From: Candidatus Moranbacteria bacterium GW2011_GWC2_40_12
GTDB lineage: Bacteria; Patescibacteriota; Minisyncoccia; Moranbacterales; UBA11712
Length of the DNA stretch: 64,000 bases
Assembly: GCA_000995965.1 (NCBI GenBank)
Contig: LBYD01000002.1
Span: forward strand, 135,889-199,888
Direction of reading: 5' to 3'
Made by a program: the position numbers and the translations under genes. Positions within the stretch are counted from its first letter, which is position 1; every line of letters begins with the position of its first letter. The notes beneath the pieces are model-generated. The model searched no databases. It worked only from the letters and a program-made list of their open reading frames with translations, and had not been told where the DNA came from. This document shows positions 37,750-47,171 of this stretch, piece after piece.

Positions 37750-39474
37750 CTAGTATTCTATAATAATGGTCTCTTTAACTGGTGAGATTAAGTCGCCCAG
37801 CTCATTCCACGGACCTTTAGGCCATTGAATAGCCCAGTATTTTAAGATAAATGTGTTTACAGATCCGAATGTTGCGTTAGAATCACTTTTCATAATACTG
37901 CTACTGGAAGATCTATAAAATTCGGTTGTTGAGTATAAGCATCCGGGGACACATTCTTGGCTTAAATTCCGATTTTTCCATTTAGGACAATTTTTGTCGG
38001 GCGTGCAATTCAAAGTATATCCGAACGAGTTTTGGAAATAATTTCTATAATCTTTCCCTAAATTAGTATATTCGTCATCTAAATGTCCAAAAGAATGACC
38101 TATTTGTTCATGGGAGAAAACATTAGGCTGTATTAGCGCATCTTCGCAATATTGCGCAGACCCATTAATTATGGCTCTTGCTTTTTTGCCCGTCCCCGAA
38201 AAGATATAGCCGTAGCTTGAATATTTTGCTTCCGGGCAGTTTTCATCTTTTTCGTTCACATCTAATATTTTACTGCTCCAATATATCGCAAATTTTGAAT
38301 CAAAATATGGAAGATTTTGCTCGGACTCGTTTTCAGCAATCTGCGCTGCAACTGGTGGTTCGATAATATGGGAACCATCCTCTTCCCAGTCAGATTGTGA
38401 AAACGGACATAGTTTATTTCTGACATTTGTGTCATTGCTTCGAACAAGAATGAAAATAAACTCTGCAGACGGATTGCCGCCAGAAAAGTGACAGGTGTTG
38501 TTTTCGCCACAAGATGTGCAGCCCTCAGTATTAAACGTTGGCTTCCCCGGGACTTGCGCATTCACTTTCGGAATGTTTAAACTATTTCCTAAAAAAGAAA
38601 ATTTATCTTTCGTTTCCGCGCCGGCGGTTTCCGTATTCGGGCACGAATTTATATAAACCTTCGCCTGATTCGAATTTTTTTCCTGATATTTCGCTTCGAC
38701 ATACGGCGGGCTTTCAGATGATGATCCAAGCGAGGTCGTCACGGCCTGAACGAGGCCTTTCGCCACTTTGATTTGCGTTTCGTCGCTGGCTTTCCATTCA
38801 GCTTGCGCCGTTATATTCTCTTCGCTTGTTTCAGTCGAGCCGTCGCTTTTCTGGCAGGTGTATTTTGCGACGGCTTTGAGCTGTTTCGTTTTTCCTTTGT
38901 CGTCTTCAGAAAGCGTATCGAGGACAATATAAAATCCGGTTCCGTCTCCTTCCAGCTTGAAATCTTTTTCGTCGCATTGGATTTTGATTGAATCAAGCTT
39001 CCTGTCTTTCTGGTCGCATTTGGTTTCGGCCTTTTTCTCCCCGTCTTCGCTCGCAGTCTGGCTTTCGTTGCTGGCTATGTCAGCGCTGCCCTGGCAGTCA
39101 AACTGCCACCAGTTGGTGACTTTGTTGTATCCTGTCGCTTTGAGGATCGCGTCGACGACCAGCCAGGAGAAATGATAAAGTAAAAAGCCGGCGAGGACGG
39201 TGATAAACGTTTTTTTTGCGAGCTCCATCAAATTCTTGCTTCCGCTTGAGAACATATACAGTATTCCGGCGATGATGATGAAAACAGTCACGACGGCGAC
39301 AATAATAATCCCGAGATAGTCAAAAATCCTTTTCATGCCCGATATGATGTCGCAGAGATTGCAATTGTCCTTGCAGGGGACAAGTTCGAGCGCATGAGCG
39401 CAAAAAGGCGACGCGAAGATAAGCGCGAAAAAAATCAATAAGAAGATTGTTTTCTTACTCTTGATCTGGCTCAT
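37750..39474 (-). CDS. VirB2/pilin-like N-terminus fused to an Ig-like region and an M64-like metallopeptidase
   Basis: C..CNLCD + IIIAGILYMFSSG...AK + TM; C-terminal HEQIGHSFGHLDDEY...SIM...FGSVN. Confidence 0.65.
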   Translation of the reverse strand: MSQIKSKKTIFLLIFFALIFASPFCAHALELVPCKDNCNLCDIISGMKRIFDYLGIIIVAVVTVFIIIAGILYMFSSGSKNLMELAKKTFITVLAGFLLYHFSWLVVDAILKATGYNKVTNWWQFDCQGSADIASNESQTASEDGEKKAETKCDQKDRKLDSIKIQCDEKDFKLEGDGTGFYIVLDTLSEDDKGKTKQLKAVAKYTCQKSDGSTETSEENITAQAEWKASDETQIKVAKGLVQAVTTSLGSSSESPPYVEAKYQEKNSNQAKVYINSCPNTETAGAETKDKFSFLGNSLNIPKVNAQVPGKPTFNTEGCTSCGENNTCHFSGGNPSAEFIFILVRSNDTNVRNKLCPFSQSDWEEDGSHIIEPPVAAQIAENESEQNLPYFDSKFAIYWSSKILDVNEKDENCPEAKYSSYGYIFSGTGKKARAIINGSAQYCEDALIQPNVFSHEQIGHSFGHLDDEYTNLGKDYRNYFQNSFGYTLNCTPDKNCPKWKNRNLSQECVPGCLYSTTEFYRSSSSSIMKSDSNATFGSVNTFILKYWAIQWPKGPWNELGDLISPVKETIIIEY

Positions 39475-39485
39475 GAATCAGATAA

Positions 39486-40649
39486 TTATATAGACAGCTT
39501 GTGAAGTTTTCCATCACTCTTTGAGACAAAGAAGAGTGATTTTTCATCCGGGGAAAGGAAAGGGTTGAGGACGTCGTAGGAGCTGCCGATTTTCTCCGGA
39601 TCAACCAGTCTCTCTTTTTTGCCGCTTGTTATGTCGATTTTCCAAAATGTATCTGAAGTCGTGACTTTTCCCTCTTGCCAGTCGTTGGGAAGAATGGCCG
39701 AATCCGGAATATCTCCGGGCATGGCGCAATATAAAGTTTTTGAATCAGACGACCAGGCGCATTTCGCCGCAAAGGTAGGAAAAACCAATGACTGAATCTC
39801 GCCTCCCTGCCGGCTCATAAGGAGAAGATCAATCTTATGGCCCCCTTTTTCATCTGAAGCGCTTAAAGCGGCCTGGTCTCCATTGGGGGACCAAAGAAGG
39901 TCAACTCCATAACGGTCCTTGAAAAGCTCTTTTTGGTTTTCTCCACCGAACGTCACAGAAGCTACAAAAGCAGCGGTAAAGGCATTGGGGCTGGGCCAGA
40001 AAGAAATATCGGATGAGCCTGGGATGGGGGCCATTTCAGCGCTGCGATAGCTCATTTCGGCAACCGTATGCCAGTTTTTGCCATCCGGATCAGCGACATT
40101 TACGGTTCGCTTTTTTGTTTTTGGATCATAGTGTTTATAGATAATCTTGTCTCCAAGATTGGACCAGGAAACTGAGTCAATATTTCCTTTGAGCACGGAC
40201 ACTTTTTTCCCGGAAATGTCAAAATAGAGAAATTTCGCCATGCCCGGCGCGGGTTCTGTTTTGATGATCGCCTTGTTTCTTGGCTTGTTCCAAGTGATTT
40301 TTTTGATATCTTCAAATTTTTCAGTGGAGAGAACCTTTTCCAATTTTCCGGAAAGGTCGAATTGGTTAAGCTGTCCGTTGCTCGCCAAAAAAGCGTAAAG
40401 AAAATTCCCGTCTGGCGAGAGAGTCGCGCCAAAAACGGGCTCATCAGAAATAGCTTGGATGGACGCGTTTTTTTCGGCTGTTTTTCCCGAAGAATCCGTT
40501 GCGTTGAGTTTCCCCTCCTCGCTGATCTTCGCGTTGTCCAAACCCTCCTCCTGGGAAGCCGGTTTTTTGAAAAGAAAATTATAGGCAAAAATGGCCCCAA
40601 TCACGAGCACCAGAAGAAGAGTCGAAATGGCGAATATTTTTTTAGTCAT
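39486..40649 (-). CDS. Membrane-anchored beta-propeller (TolB-like) protein
   Basis: N-terminal TM; repeated LSPDG / WSP.G / WS..G motifs. Confidence 0.7.
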   Translation of the reverse strand: MTKKIFAISTLLLVLVIGAIFAYNFLFKKPASQEEGLDNAKISEEGKLNATDSSGKTAEKNASIQAISDEPVFGATLSPDGNFLYAFLASNGQLNQFDLSGKLEKVLSTEKFEDIKKITWNKPRNKAIIKTEPAPGMAKFLYFDISGKKVSVLKGNIDSVSWSNLGDKIIYKHYDPKTKKRTVNVADPDGKNWHTVAEMSYRSAEMAPIPGSSDISFWPSPNAFTAAFVASVTFGGENQKELFKDRYGVDLLWSPNGDQAALSASDEKGGHKIDLLLMSRQGGEIQSLVFPTFAAKCAWSSDSKTLYCAMPGDIPDSAILPNDWQEGKVTTSDTFWKIDITSGKKERLVDPEKIGSSYDVLNPFLSPDEKSLFFVSKSDGKLHKLSI

Positions 40650-40670
40650 ATAGTTGAGAACAAAGCCTTT

Positions 40671-41222
40671 TTATTCATTTTGATAATAATCAATCAGCAA
40701 ATTTCTGATCTCTTCATCGGGATTGCCTAGAATTTTATATTCTTCTCCCGAAGAAGTTTCTTCCGAAAGCAGATAAACTCGGCTACCAGATTTATCATAG
40801 GCGATAACAATTCCCGTCCCGCCGCAATTGTGTTCCGTGCATCCGAATAGAAGGAGGATTTCCCGGCCATCGTTCAGTACGATGTTTGATGCCGGTGTTG
40901 ACACGGCCATTTTAGCGATTGAAAAATCAGACATCAGCTCTTTGGTTTGTCCGACTATGTTCGGGCTGTCCTTCAGAATATCATGGGAATATTGCTCCAA
41001 TCTGTAGGGCTGGTACTTATTTTCCTGTTTCCTTTTTTCCCATTCAGAGGAAAAAGAAGAAGGCGGGAGCGGGATGGGCTGGTCGATTTCTTCCGGAGCC
41101 TTTTTTTCCTCGGGACGATTTGCGTTCTTTTTTGAGATGAAAAAAATCAAAGTCAGCGCAAGGGCGAATATCGTCAAGGAAATAAAAATAATTGAAAAAT
41201 ATTTTTTTGTTGCGCCACTCAT
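40671..41222 (-). CDS. Membrane-anchored Ivy-like (lysozyme/lytic transglycosylase inhibitor) protein
   Basis: GCTEHNCGGTGIVIAYD resembles the Ivy CKPHDC loop and following strand; N-terminal TM. Confidence 0.55.
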   Translation of the reverse strand: MSGATKKYFSIIFISLTIFALALTLIFFISKKNANRPEEKKAPEEIDQPIPLPPSSFSSEWEKRKQENKYQPYRLEQYSHDILKDSPNIVGQTKELMSDFSIAKMAVSTPASNIVLNDGREILLLFGCTEHNCGGTGIVIAYDKSGSRVYLLSEETSSGEEYKILGNPDEEIRNLLIDYYQNE

Positions 41223-41310
41223 ATTTTTTTAGCGAGGCGATTATACCATTATGGATTATCTTTGGAAAGAGGCGAACAGACGACCGGGAAATTTCCAGTT
41301 TTTTCAGTTT

Positions 41311-42222
41311 CTATTTGACGGTGCACGGTTCATTTTTGTATGATTCGGATTTTCCCATGACACTGGGGATGTATTTTTTGGTTTCGTTGGGCATTGGCTG
41401 TCCCTTTTTGCCTAGTCCTGTTTTCAAAAAAGAATCCATGTTTCCCGTTCCCCAATTGTATGCTCCTAAAGCATTTTCCCAATTGCCGTATTTGCTGTAC
41501 ATCTGGGATAAATATTTGGTTCCTCCCATGATGTTTTGGTATGGATCAGCACTGTTCGTAACGCCAAGCCCGCTGGCTGTTCCTGGCATAAGCTGCATCA
41601 AGCCAAAAGCACCGGCAGGGCTTTTAGCATTGTAAATCCCCATGCTCTCCTGGTCGATAACGGCCTTTATTATGTATTCGGGCACTCCAAATTTTGCGGA
41701 AGCTTCCATGATGATATCGCAATATGAATTTACCCGTTCCTTGACCGATCCTTTGAGAGAAATGGCGTCATATTTTCCGCTAGTCGTTCCTGTCGCTACT
41801 GTCCCCGTTGGCGTTTCCGCGATGTTGATAGTGCAGGGAACTGTTTCGCCGAGGCTCACTTTCACGAGATTGGGGTTGATGGTGTAGAGGATTATCCAGG
41901 AAAGAAGCCCAAGGAAGAGACCCAGTATGGCGTAGTTGACGGTGTTCTTGGCGCTGGTCATCTTGGCCGTGTTTCCGATGGAGACAATATACTGGAAAGC
42001 GCCGATGCCCAGCATGAACATGGTCAGGATTCCGATGGTCGCGTAGCCGAAACAGATGATTTGCTGGATATAAGTGGATATGTCGCAAGTCCTCGAAGTA
42101 GCTCCGGGAATCATCTGCTGATTGGAATAGAGGTTTACTTCCGCGGAGAAAACAGGCCGGAGAATAAAAATACTCACAAAAAAAATAGCGAACGCCAGCA
42201 AAATTGTTTTTTTGTTTTTCAT
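41311..42222 (-). CDS. Pilin-like protein fused to an SLT lytic transglycosylase domain
   Basis: Signal peptide, GAFQYIVSIGN...AK...AILG pilin hairpin; IKAVIDQES, SPAGAFGLMQLMP, AYNWG, ETKKY; start set at ATG 42222. Confidence 0.85.
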   Translation of the reverse strand: MKNKKTILLAFAIFFVSIFILRPVFSAEVNLYSNQQMIPGATSRTCDISTYIQQIICFGYATIGILTMFMLGIGAFQYIVSIGNTAKMTSAKNTVNYAILGLFLGLLSWIILYTINPNLVKVSLGETVPCTINIAETPTGTVATGTTSGKYDAISLKGSVKERVNSYCDIIMEASAKFGVPEYIIKAVIDQESMGIYNAKSPAGAFGLMQLMPGTASGLGVTNSADPYQNIMGGTKYLSQMYSKYGNWENALGAYNWGTGNMDSFLKTGLGKKGQPMPNETKKYIPSVMGKSESYKNEPCTVK

Positions 42223-42375
42223 TTTTCCAATTCCAAAAATGTCTTGAAAAAATTCTTCGATTTCTGGGATAAAATTACCAACCGGTTCCTGATCCTCCTC
42301 CTCCGCTGCCGGTTCCCCCGGCATTTCCCGTGCCGGTACTCCCACTTTGCGAGCCTGGTGGTGAGCTGCTCTGAT

Positions 42376-42765
42376 TTACTGCCCCCCCACAGAGATATTC
42401 TTGAAGGCCACGAGATCAGGATGGATTTTGGAAAGGATTATCCAGGAAAGAAGCCCAAGCACAAGGCCGAAAACGGCCGAACCAATCGTTTCCCGGGCGC
42501 TTTCCGCTTTGCCAATGTTCCCGGCGGCCATCAGATACTGGTAAGCTCCGATACAGAGCATAAACATGGCCAAAATTCCAATCGTCGCGTAGCCGAAACC
42601 GATTATATCTTTGACATACGGAATAAATTCCGATTGCTGACTGGAGGCTCCCGGAATTTTTTCCTGGTTTTGGTACTGATACTGAGCCAGAGCCGATGAT
42701 CCGAAAAGAATAGCAATGCACAAGAAAGCGGAAACATTCAGAAATAATTTTCTAATTATTTTCAT
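42376..42765 (-). CDS. VirB2/TrbC-like pilin (possibly truncated by a poly-G slip)
   Basis: Signal peptide; GAYQYLMAAGN..KAESARETI..AVFGL; paralogous to the N-terminus of the SLT fusion. Confidence 0.75.
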   Translation of the reverse strand: MKIIRKLFLNVSAFLCIAILFGSSALAQYQYQNQEKIPGASSQQSEFIPYVKDIIGFGYATIGILAMFMLCIGAYQYLMAAGNIGKAESARETIGSAVFGLVLGLLSWIILSKIHPDLVAFKNISVGGQ

Positions 42766-45700
42766 GGCCTGTGAACTTTTGAATTAGGGAATAAAGCCAA
42801 AAACTGGCAAAAAGCATGATAAGAACGGTGAGTGCCAAACGAAGATTATACATTACATAATGCGGCAGGTGGGTTCCGATGGCGGCCAGGAGCTGGGTCG
42901 GTTTACCCGAACTGATTATGTCAGTCACCGGTTCTTCGACGGTCGTGACGGTGATAGAGCGGTCGCTTTCGAGAGGACGCGGGACGATGTCCCAAGCGTT
43001 GAGCATAATATTCACTTCATCTTCTGACCAATATTTTTTCAGGTTGACCGAGATATTCAAGTAGGCGCCAACGCTTTCGGGAGCGACGAAAATCAAATCG
43101 TCTCCTTCAACTGTGAGCACATTGAGGTCTCCGTATGTTTCTTCAAAGCTTTCATCGCTGATGCTCAATCCTCCAAATTGCCAGTCAATGACGGTGTTTT
43201 CGTCTTCCGCGAGAAGATAATAGGGCACAAAATCAAGATAAAGGGAAACATTTGAGCCTGGAAAAGTTTCGAGCATATTGAGATTTTCCACAACCTGGTA
43301 CGAATCCTTTGTTGAGCCGACTTTTACGTTTTCGGACTTGGGCCAGGCAGTAAGTTTGTCTGACGATCGGATGAGCGCTACCGGTTCTACAACCGTGATA
43401 AGCCGGCTAGATTTCACCGGCTCAAGTTTATCCTTTGGAGTCACGGTAACGGAAACCTCTTCAATCTGCTGCTCATTTTTGGTGATCGGGAAAAAAACGG
43501 TAGTGTTTGACCAGCCGTTGAAATATTCGGAAACATTCGTTGGCGTGTTGAGGGGATTTCCGTTCGTCTGCCAGGCAAATTCACTGTTGCTGGTATTGTA
43601 GCGATCACCGGAAATTTTGGCGGCAAGCATCTGGCCTTTGACAGCTGGGCAAAGAGCGGCATAGAGCCCCTCCGTGCAAATTTTGTCGGGGCTGCTGCTT
43701 CCGCTGTCAAAACCGGCTTTTTTGTCAGTGATAACCACTCGATATAGGTCAATTTTAACGCCATCCTTGTTTACGGGAATGATGACGCTCGATCTGCCGC
43801 GATTTGCTTCAACGCCGGAGGTTTGGGCAACCGTGGCCGTGACTTTGAAATAAATGATATTATCTGCGGAAGCCTCCAGAGCCTTTTCCTTTGGAGTGAA
43901 ATTGAAATCGGTCAGTCCCAGTCCGGATGATTTGGAAGTCGTCGTGAAATTGTCGCTGATATCCAGGGCATCCCCCCAAGTGTCGGTTTTTGGGTCTCCC
44001 CTTTGGATTTGCCAGGTATAATAGAGAAAATTTGGATTGAGCTGGGTGTTGTCAAGGGAAGAAGAAACCGAGATTTTGTCAGCGTCAAGAATATTTCCAT
44101 TCTCGTCAATATTTTCAGCGTTTGCATCGCTGGGGTCTGCCACGGGATTGTCGGGAGAAAAAGAAAGGGAAATCTTCAATTTAACATTGCTCTGTTCATT
44201 CGGAGACCTTGTCGCCATAAATCCATAATTGTAATCACCAGAATTGTCGCAAAGGTCGCCGTCCAAAAGCTTGGTTTTTGTCGGATCGCAGACATCGAGA
44301 TAGCCCCACATAATCTTATAATAAGCGTTCTGCTCGTCAGTCGGGATCATGGAGGTTCCTTCAACGATGACTCCGACGCGATCGCCCGGTTGGTAAGTCC
44401 AGGTGAAATCCTGCTGACCGAGGCCAATGACATCGGCTTCGTCATTGAAGCCGTCGCCGTCCGTGTCGGGGTCAATCGGATCGGTTTTCCAGTATTGTTC
44501 TTCGCCAGTCGGAAATTTTCCGGAGCCGCTTTTGTAGCCAGGCGCGTTTTCCCATCGGTGCTTGCAATCCGTGCGGAAGTCCTGTCCTGAGGGATCCCCC
44601 CCGTAATCATTGGACGATCCGGAATATCCCTGATAGCCCAGGGGATCATAACTTGTTCCAAAATTATGTTCGAAGCACCTTGAATAGGAAGTATTGTCGC
44701 CGTATATGTTTCTCGCTTCTGCGGAGCCAACCGTAAAACTGCTTTCGTGGATAGCATCCCACTCTGCAACGCAGGCGCTATATTGGCTGTCGAGGCAACT
44801 TGCGAGCAGGCTTGTGTTTGTCGATTGAAGGGCACTGTAATCATAGCAACTTTCATAGGCTGCATCGTAGGAGCTGGGACAATAATTTGCGGCGCTGTCG
44901 TATTCTGAATAATCCGTATCCTCTGGGGCAGTAACAAGATAACAGCATTGGTTGTTTGAAGACAGAGTTGAGGAAAAAGTGATATTTGCTTGGCAATAGG
45001 TGCAATACTCGCCTGACTGGCTGGGCTGCATGGCGTAATAGCTGTTGAAACTGCTTTTTTCGGTATAAAGATTGCAGCTGCCCACAGAATGAGCCCCTTT
45101 GTCGTTGCAATAACCAGCGGCCGTGTTATAGGGCTCAAAATTATCGCTTTCTTCAGTCAATCCCCCGACACCGTCAGCTCCTCCCATTGGAGCCGCAGTC
45201 CTGCCTTCGTCATAGCTGTCGTCAATTGCCGGCCAGCCATCCCCGTCAGGGTCATCACTGGCGCTAGATGCGTAGTGTTGGCCGTCAAGGATGGGGTCAT
45301 AATCCCCCCGGGACATGATTCTGGCGGCTTCCCTTTTTCCGGAGTCGACTGAATTGGTGGCGGTTTGGGATGTGCCGTCTTCAGTATGGATCAAATACCA
45401 GGTGTAATAGAGATTCTGCGGATCATTCTTGAAAAATTCCGGCATTGCATGAGCCGTCACTTTCTCGCCGGCTTTCGGATTAGTATTGTCGAAAAACAGT
45501 TCCACCTTGGGAGGCGTGGTCTTTCGCTGGGCTGTTCGCCAGACATTTTCATTGATTCCGTACCTATTTTCGGAAGAACTCAGAAAATTTTCCGTGATGT
45601 CATTTGTGCGGGTCAAGGTTTGGTTTATGGCGTTGTTTGTTTCTTCGGCCACGTTGACCGTGCACCCATCCCAGAGAGAGCAGGAAAAAGCCTCGGCTGT

Positions 45701-45814
45701 TTTCGGGCTGAACGAAACAAGATTCAGAAAAATAAAGACAGATGTTGTTATGGTGGAAATTAGTTTTCTGTTTTTTTTCATTTTCATATATTTAAAGCGC
45801 TTAAAAACCTCCAA
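42752..45814 (-). CDS. Large exported, C-terminally anchored surface protein with a Cys-rich region and DxDxDG Ca-binding motifs
   Basis: Signal peptide, TDPIDPDTDGDGFND, C-terminal TM. Confidence 0.7.
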   Translation of the reverse strand: MEVFKRFKYMKMKKNRKLISTITTSVFIFLNLVSFSPKTAEAFSCSLWDGCTVNVAEETNNAINQTLTRTNDITENFLSSSENRYGINENVWRTAQRKTTPPKVELFFDNTNPKAGEKVTAHAMPEFFKNDPQNLYYTWYLIHTEDGTSQTATNSVDSGKREAARIMSRGDYDPILDGQHYASSASDDPDGDGWPAIDDSYDEGRTAAPMGGADGVGGLTEESDNFEPYNTAAGYCNDKGAHSVGSCNLYTEKSSFNSYYAMQPSQSGEYCTYCQANITFSSTLSSNNQCCYLVTAPEDTDYSEYDSAANYCPSSYDAAYESCYDYSALQSTNTSLLASCLDSQYSACVAEWDAIHESSFTVGSAEARNIYGDNTSYSRCFEHNFGTSYDPLGYQGYSGSSNDYGGDPSGQDFRTDCKHRWENAPGYKSGSGKFPTGEEQYWKTDPIDPDTDGDGFNDEADVIGLGQQDFTWTYQPGDRVGVIVEGTSMIPTDEQNAYYKIMWGYLDVCDPTKTKLLDGDLCDNSGDYNYGFMATRSPNEQSNVKLKISLSFSPDNPVADPSDANAENIDENGNILDADKISVSSSLDNTQLNPNFLYYTWQIQRGDPKTDTWGDALDISDNFTTTSKSSGLGLTDFNFTPKEKALEASADNIIYFKVTATVAQTSGVEANRGRSSVIIPVNKDGVKIDLYRVVITDKKAGFDSGSSSPDKICTEGLYAALCPAVKGQMLAAKISGDRYNTSNSEFAWQTNGNPLNTPTNVSEYFNGWSNTTVFFPITKNEQQIEEVSVTVTPKDKLEPVKSSRLITVVEPVALIRSSDKLTAWPKSENVKVGSTKDSYQVVENLNMLETFPGSNVSLYLDFVPYYLLAEDENTVIDWQFGGLSISDESFEETYGDLNVLTVEGDDLIFVAPESVGAYLNISVNLKKYWSEDEVNIMLNAWDIVPRPLESDRSITVTTVEEPVTDIISSGKPTQLLAAIGTHLPHYVMYNLRLALTVLIMLFASFWLYSLIQKFTGHENN

Positions 45815-46481
45815 AATTTATGTACCTTATTAGCATTATATCCAAGCCCAAGGAAATTAGCCACATTGCCGCGGCGGAATAATATAATGATCGGCTTTTT
45901 TGAACCACAAAACCGGAGAAAAGTGATGACCCCAAAACGAGAAAAATCATAGGCCACGGTCCCCTGATGGCAAGCAGAGTTTGAAAAAAGCTTTGCAGAA
46001 AAAGCGAGAATATCCCAAGCTTTTTTTCAAGTCCCAGCTGGATGAACCCCCGAAAGAAAAATTCCCAGAAAAAATGCATGGGAAGGGCGATGATAAGCTC
46101 GAACCAAAGAAAATACCAAAAATTTCTGGCTATTCCGGAAGGGAGGAAGAGCTGGTTGCGCCAAAAGACTTTCGAAACAATGAAATAGCTGGCGGCCGCA
46201 AGGACAAGGAAGGCAATCGCGGCAAGGATCATGCCGTTTCGGGCGTTTCCGATTTTCATTCCGAAATCTTTCAGATTTTCGTTGAGGACAAAACGAATGA
46301 TCAGCAAAGGAAAGACGAAGAATAAGGCCAGGGACATCCAAAAAACCTCGCCGCTCAAGTTTGCCGGGAAGATTAGCCTGACAAGGAGGACAAGGAGGGC
46401 GCAAAAACCGATCAAAAATTCACGCCGATGTTTTTTCAGAAATGGAGCTTGGGGGGATGTGTTTTTTAAGTTTATAGCCAT
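45801..46481 (-). CDS. CPBP (Abi/CAAX) intramembrane protease-like protein, degenerate
   Basis: WEFFFRG resembles EExxFRG; the downstream His motifs are not seen. Confidence 0.65.
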   Translation of the reverse strand: MAINLKNTSPQAPFLKKHRREFLIGFCALLVLLVRLIFPANLSGEVFWMSLALFFVFPLLIIRFVLNENLKDFGMKIGNARNGMILAAIAFLVLAAASYFIVSKVFWRNQLFLPSGIARNFWYFLWFELIIALPMHFFWEFFFRGFIQLGLEKKLGIFSLFLQSFFQTLLAIRGPWPMIFLVLGSSLFSGFVVQKSRSLYYSAAAMWLISLGLDIMLIRYINFGGF

Positions 46482-46518
46482 TTTGTTAATTGAAATGATT
46501 TTTTATTTAAGCCGCTTC

Positions 46519-47148
46519 TTATTGCGAATAGCCGTCGGCGTATTGGGGCTTGGGCTGGTTTGGTTCATCTTTCTTTTCTTGGGATGAGGTGGCTCTGCCG
46601 AAGAGGACAAAACAATAAATCACAAGTGTATCAATGAACGCGAGAGGCAGCCAGCCGATGGCGGGAAGAGCTTCTAAGACGAATCCAATCCCCAATCCGG
46701 CAAAATATTTTCCGCTTTTCCTTGATGAAAGTTTTTCACCAATAAGCATAAGGCTGATAATTGTAAGAATCGTGAGCATTAATGAGAGGATGAAAAGGAT
46801 AATTGTTCCCAGCCCCGGAAGCATTGCATCTAGAGCGGCGCAACCGAAGTCGAGCAAATCTTTCAGCAGGGAAAACGGCAGGGCCAGGCAAAGATATGGC
46901 CAATCACGGGTCGGCGCAATTTGGCGAAACATGCCAAAAGCTAATTGAGCTGCTTGGCGCATGGCTGATTGAGGATCGGCGGCTATCTTGGCAAGATTTT
47001 TTGTAGCTTGTTTTGTATCGATTTTGCTGCTATTAATTTGCTGTCTTTGCTCGTTTTTCAACGCCTGACTCAATCTTTCTTGGCCTCTGGGATCGACAGT
47101 ATCACCGTCGCCGCCGAATTGATTGTTTTCTCCGGGTGATGAAAGCAT
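46519..47148 (-). CDS. Hypothetical membrane protein
   Basis: Several TM segments (KDLLDF, EALPAIGWLP); in operon with the VirB4-like ATPase. Confidence 0.65.
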   Translation of the reverse strand: MLSSPGENNQFGGDGDTVDPRGQERLSQALKNEQRQQINSSKIDTKQATKNLAKIAADPQSAMRQAAQLAFGMFRQIAPTRDWPYLCLALPFSLLKDLLDFGCAALDAMLPGLGTIILFILSLMLTILTIISLMLIGEKLSSRKSGKYFAGLGIGFVLEALPAIGWLPLAFIDTLVIYCFVLFGRATSSQEKKDEPNQPKPQYADGYSQ

Positions 47149-47171
47149 AACTTATGCCAATATTATCTATA

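Noticed and set aside
42223-42345. N-terminal extension of the pilin-SLT ORF given in the ORF track
   Set aside because: The signal peptide begins at ATG 42222; the upstream DNA reads better as the frameshifted tail of the previous pilin
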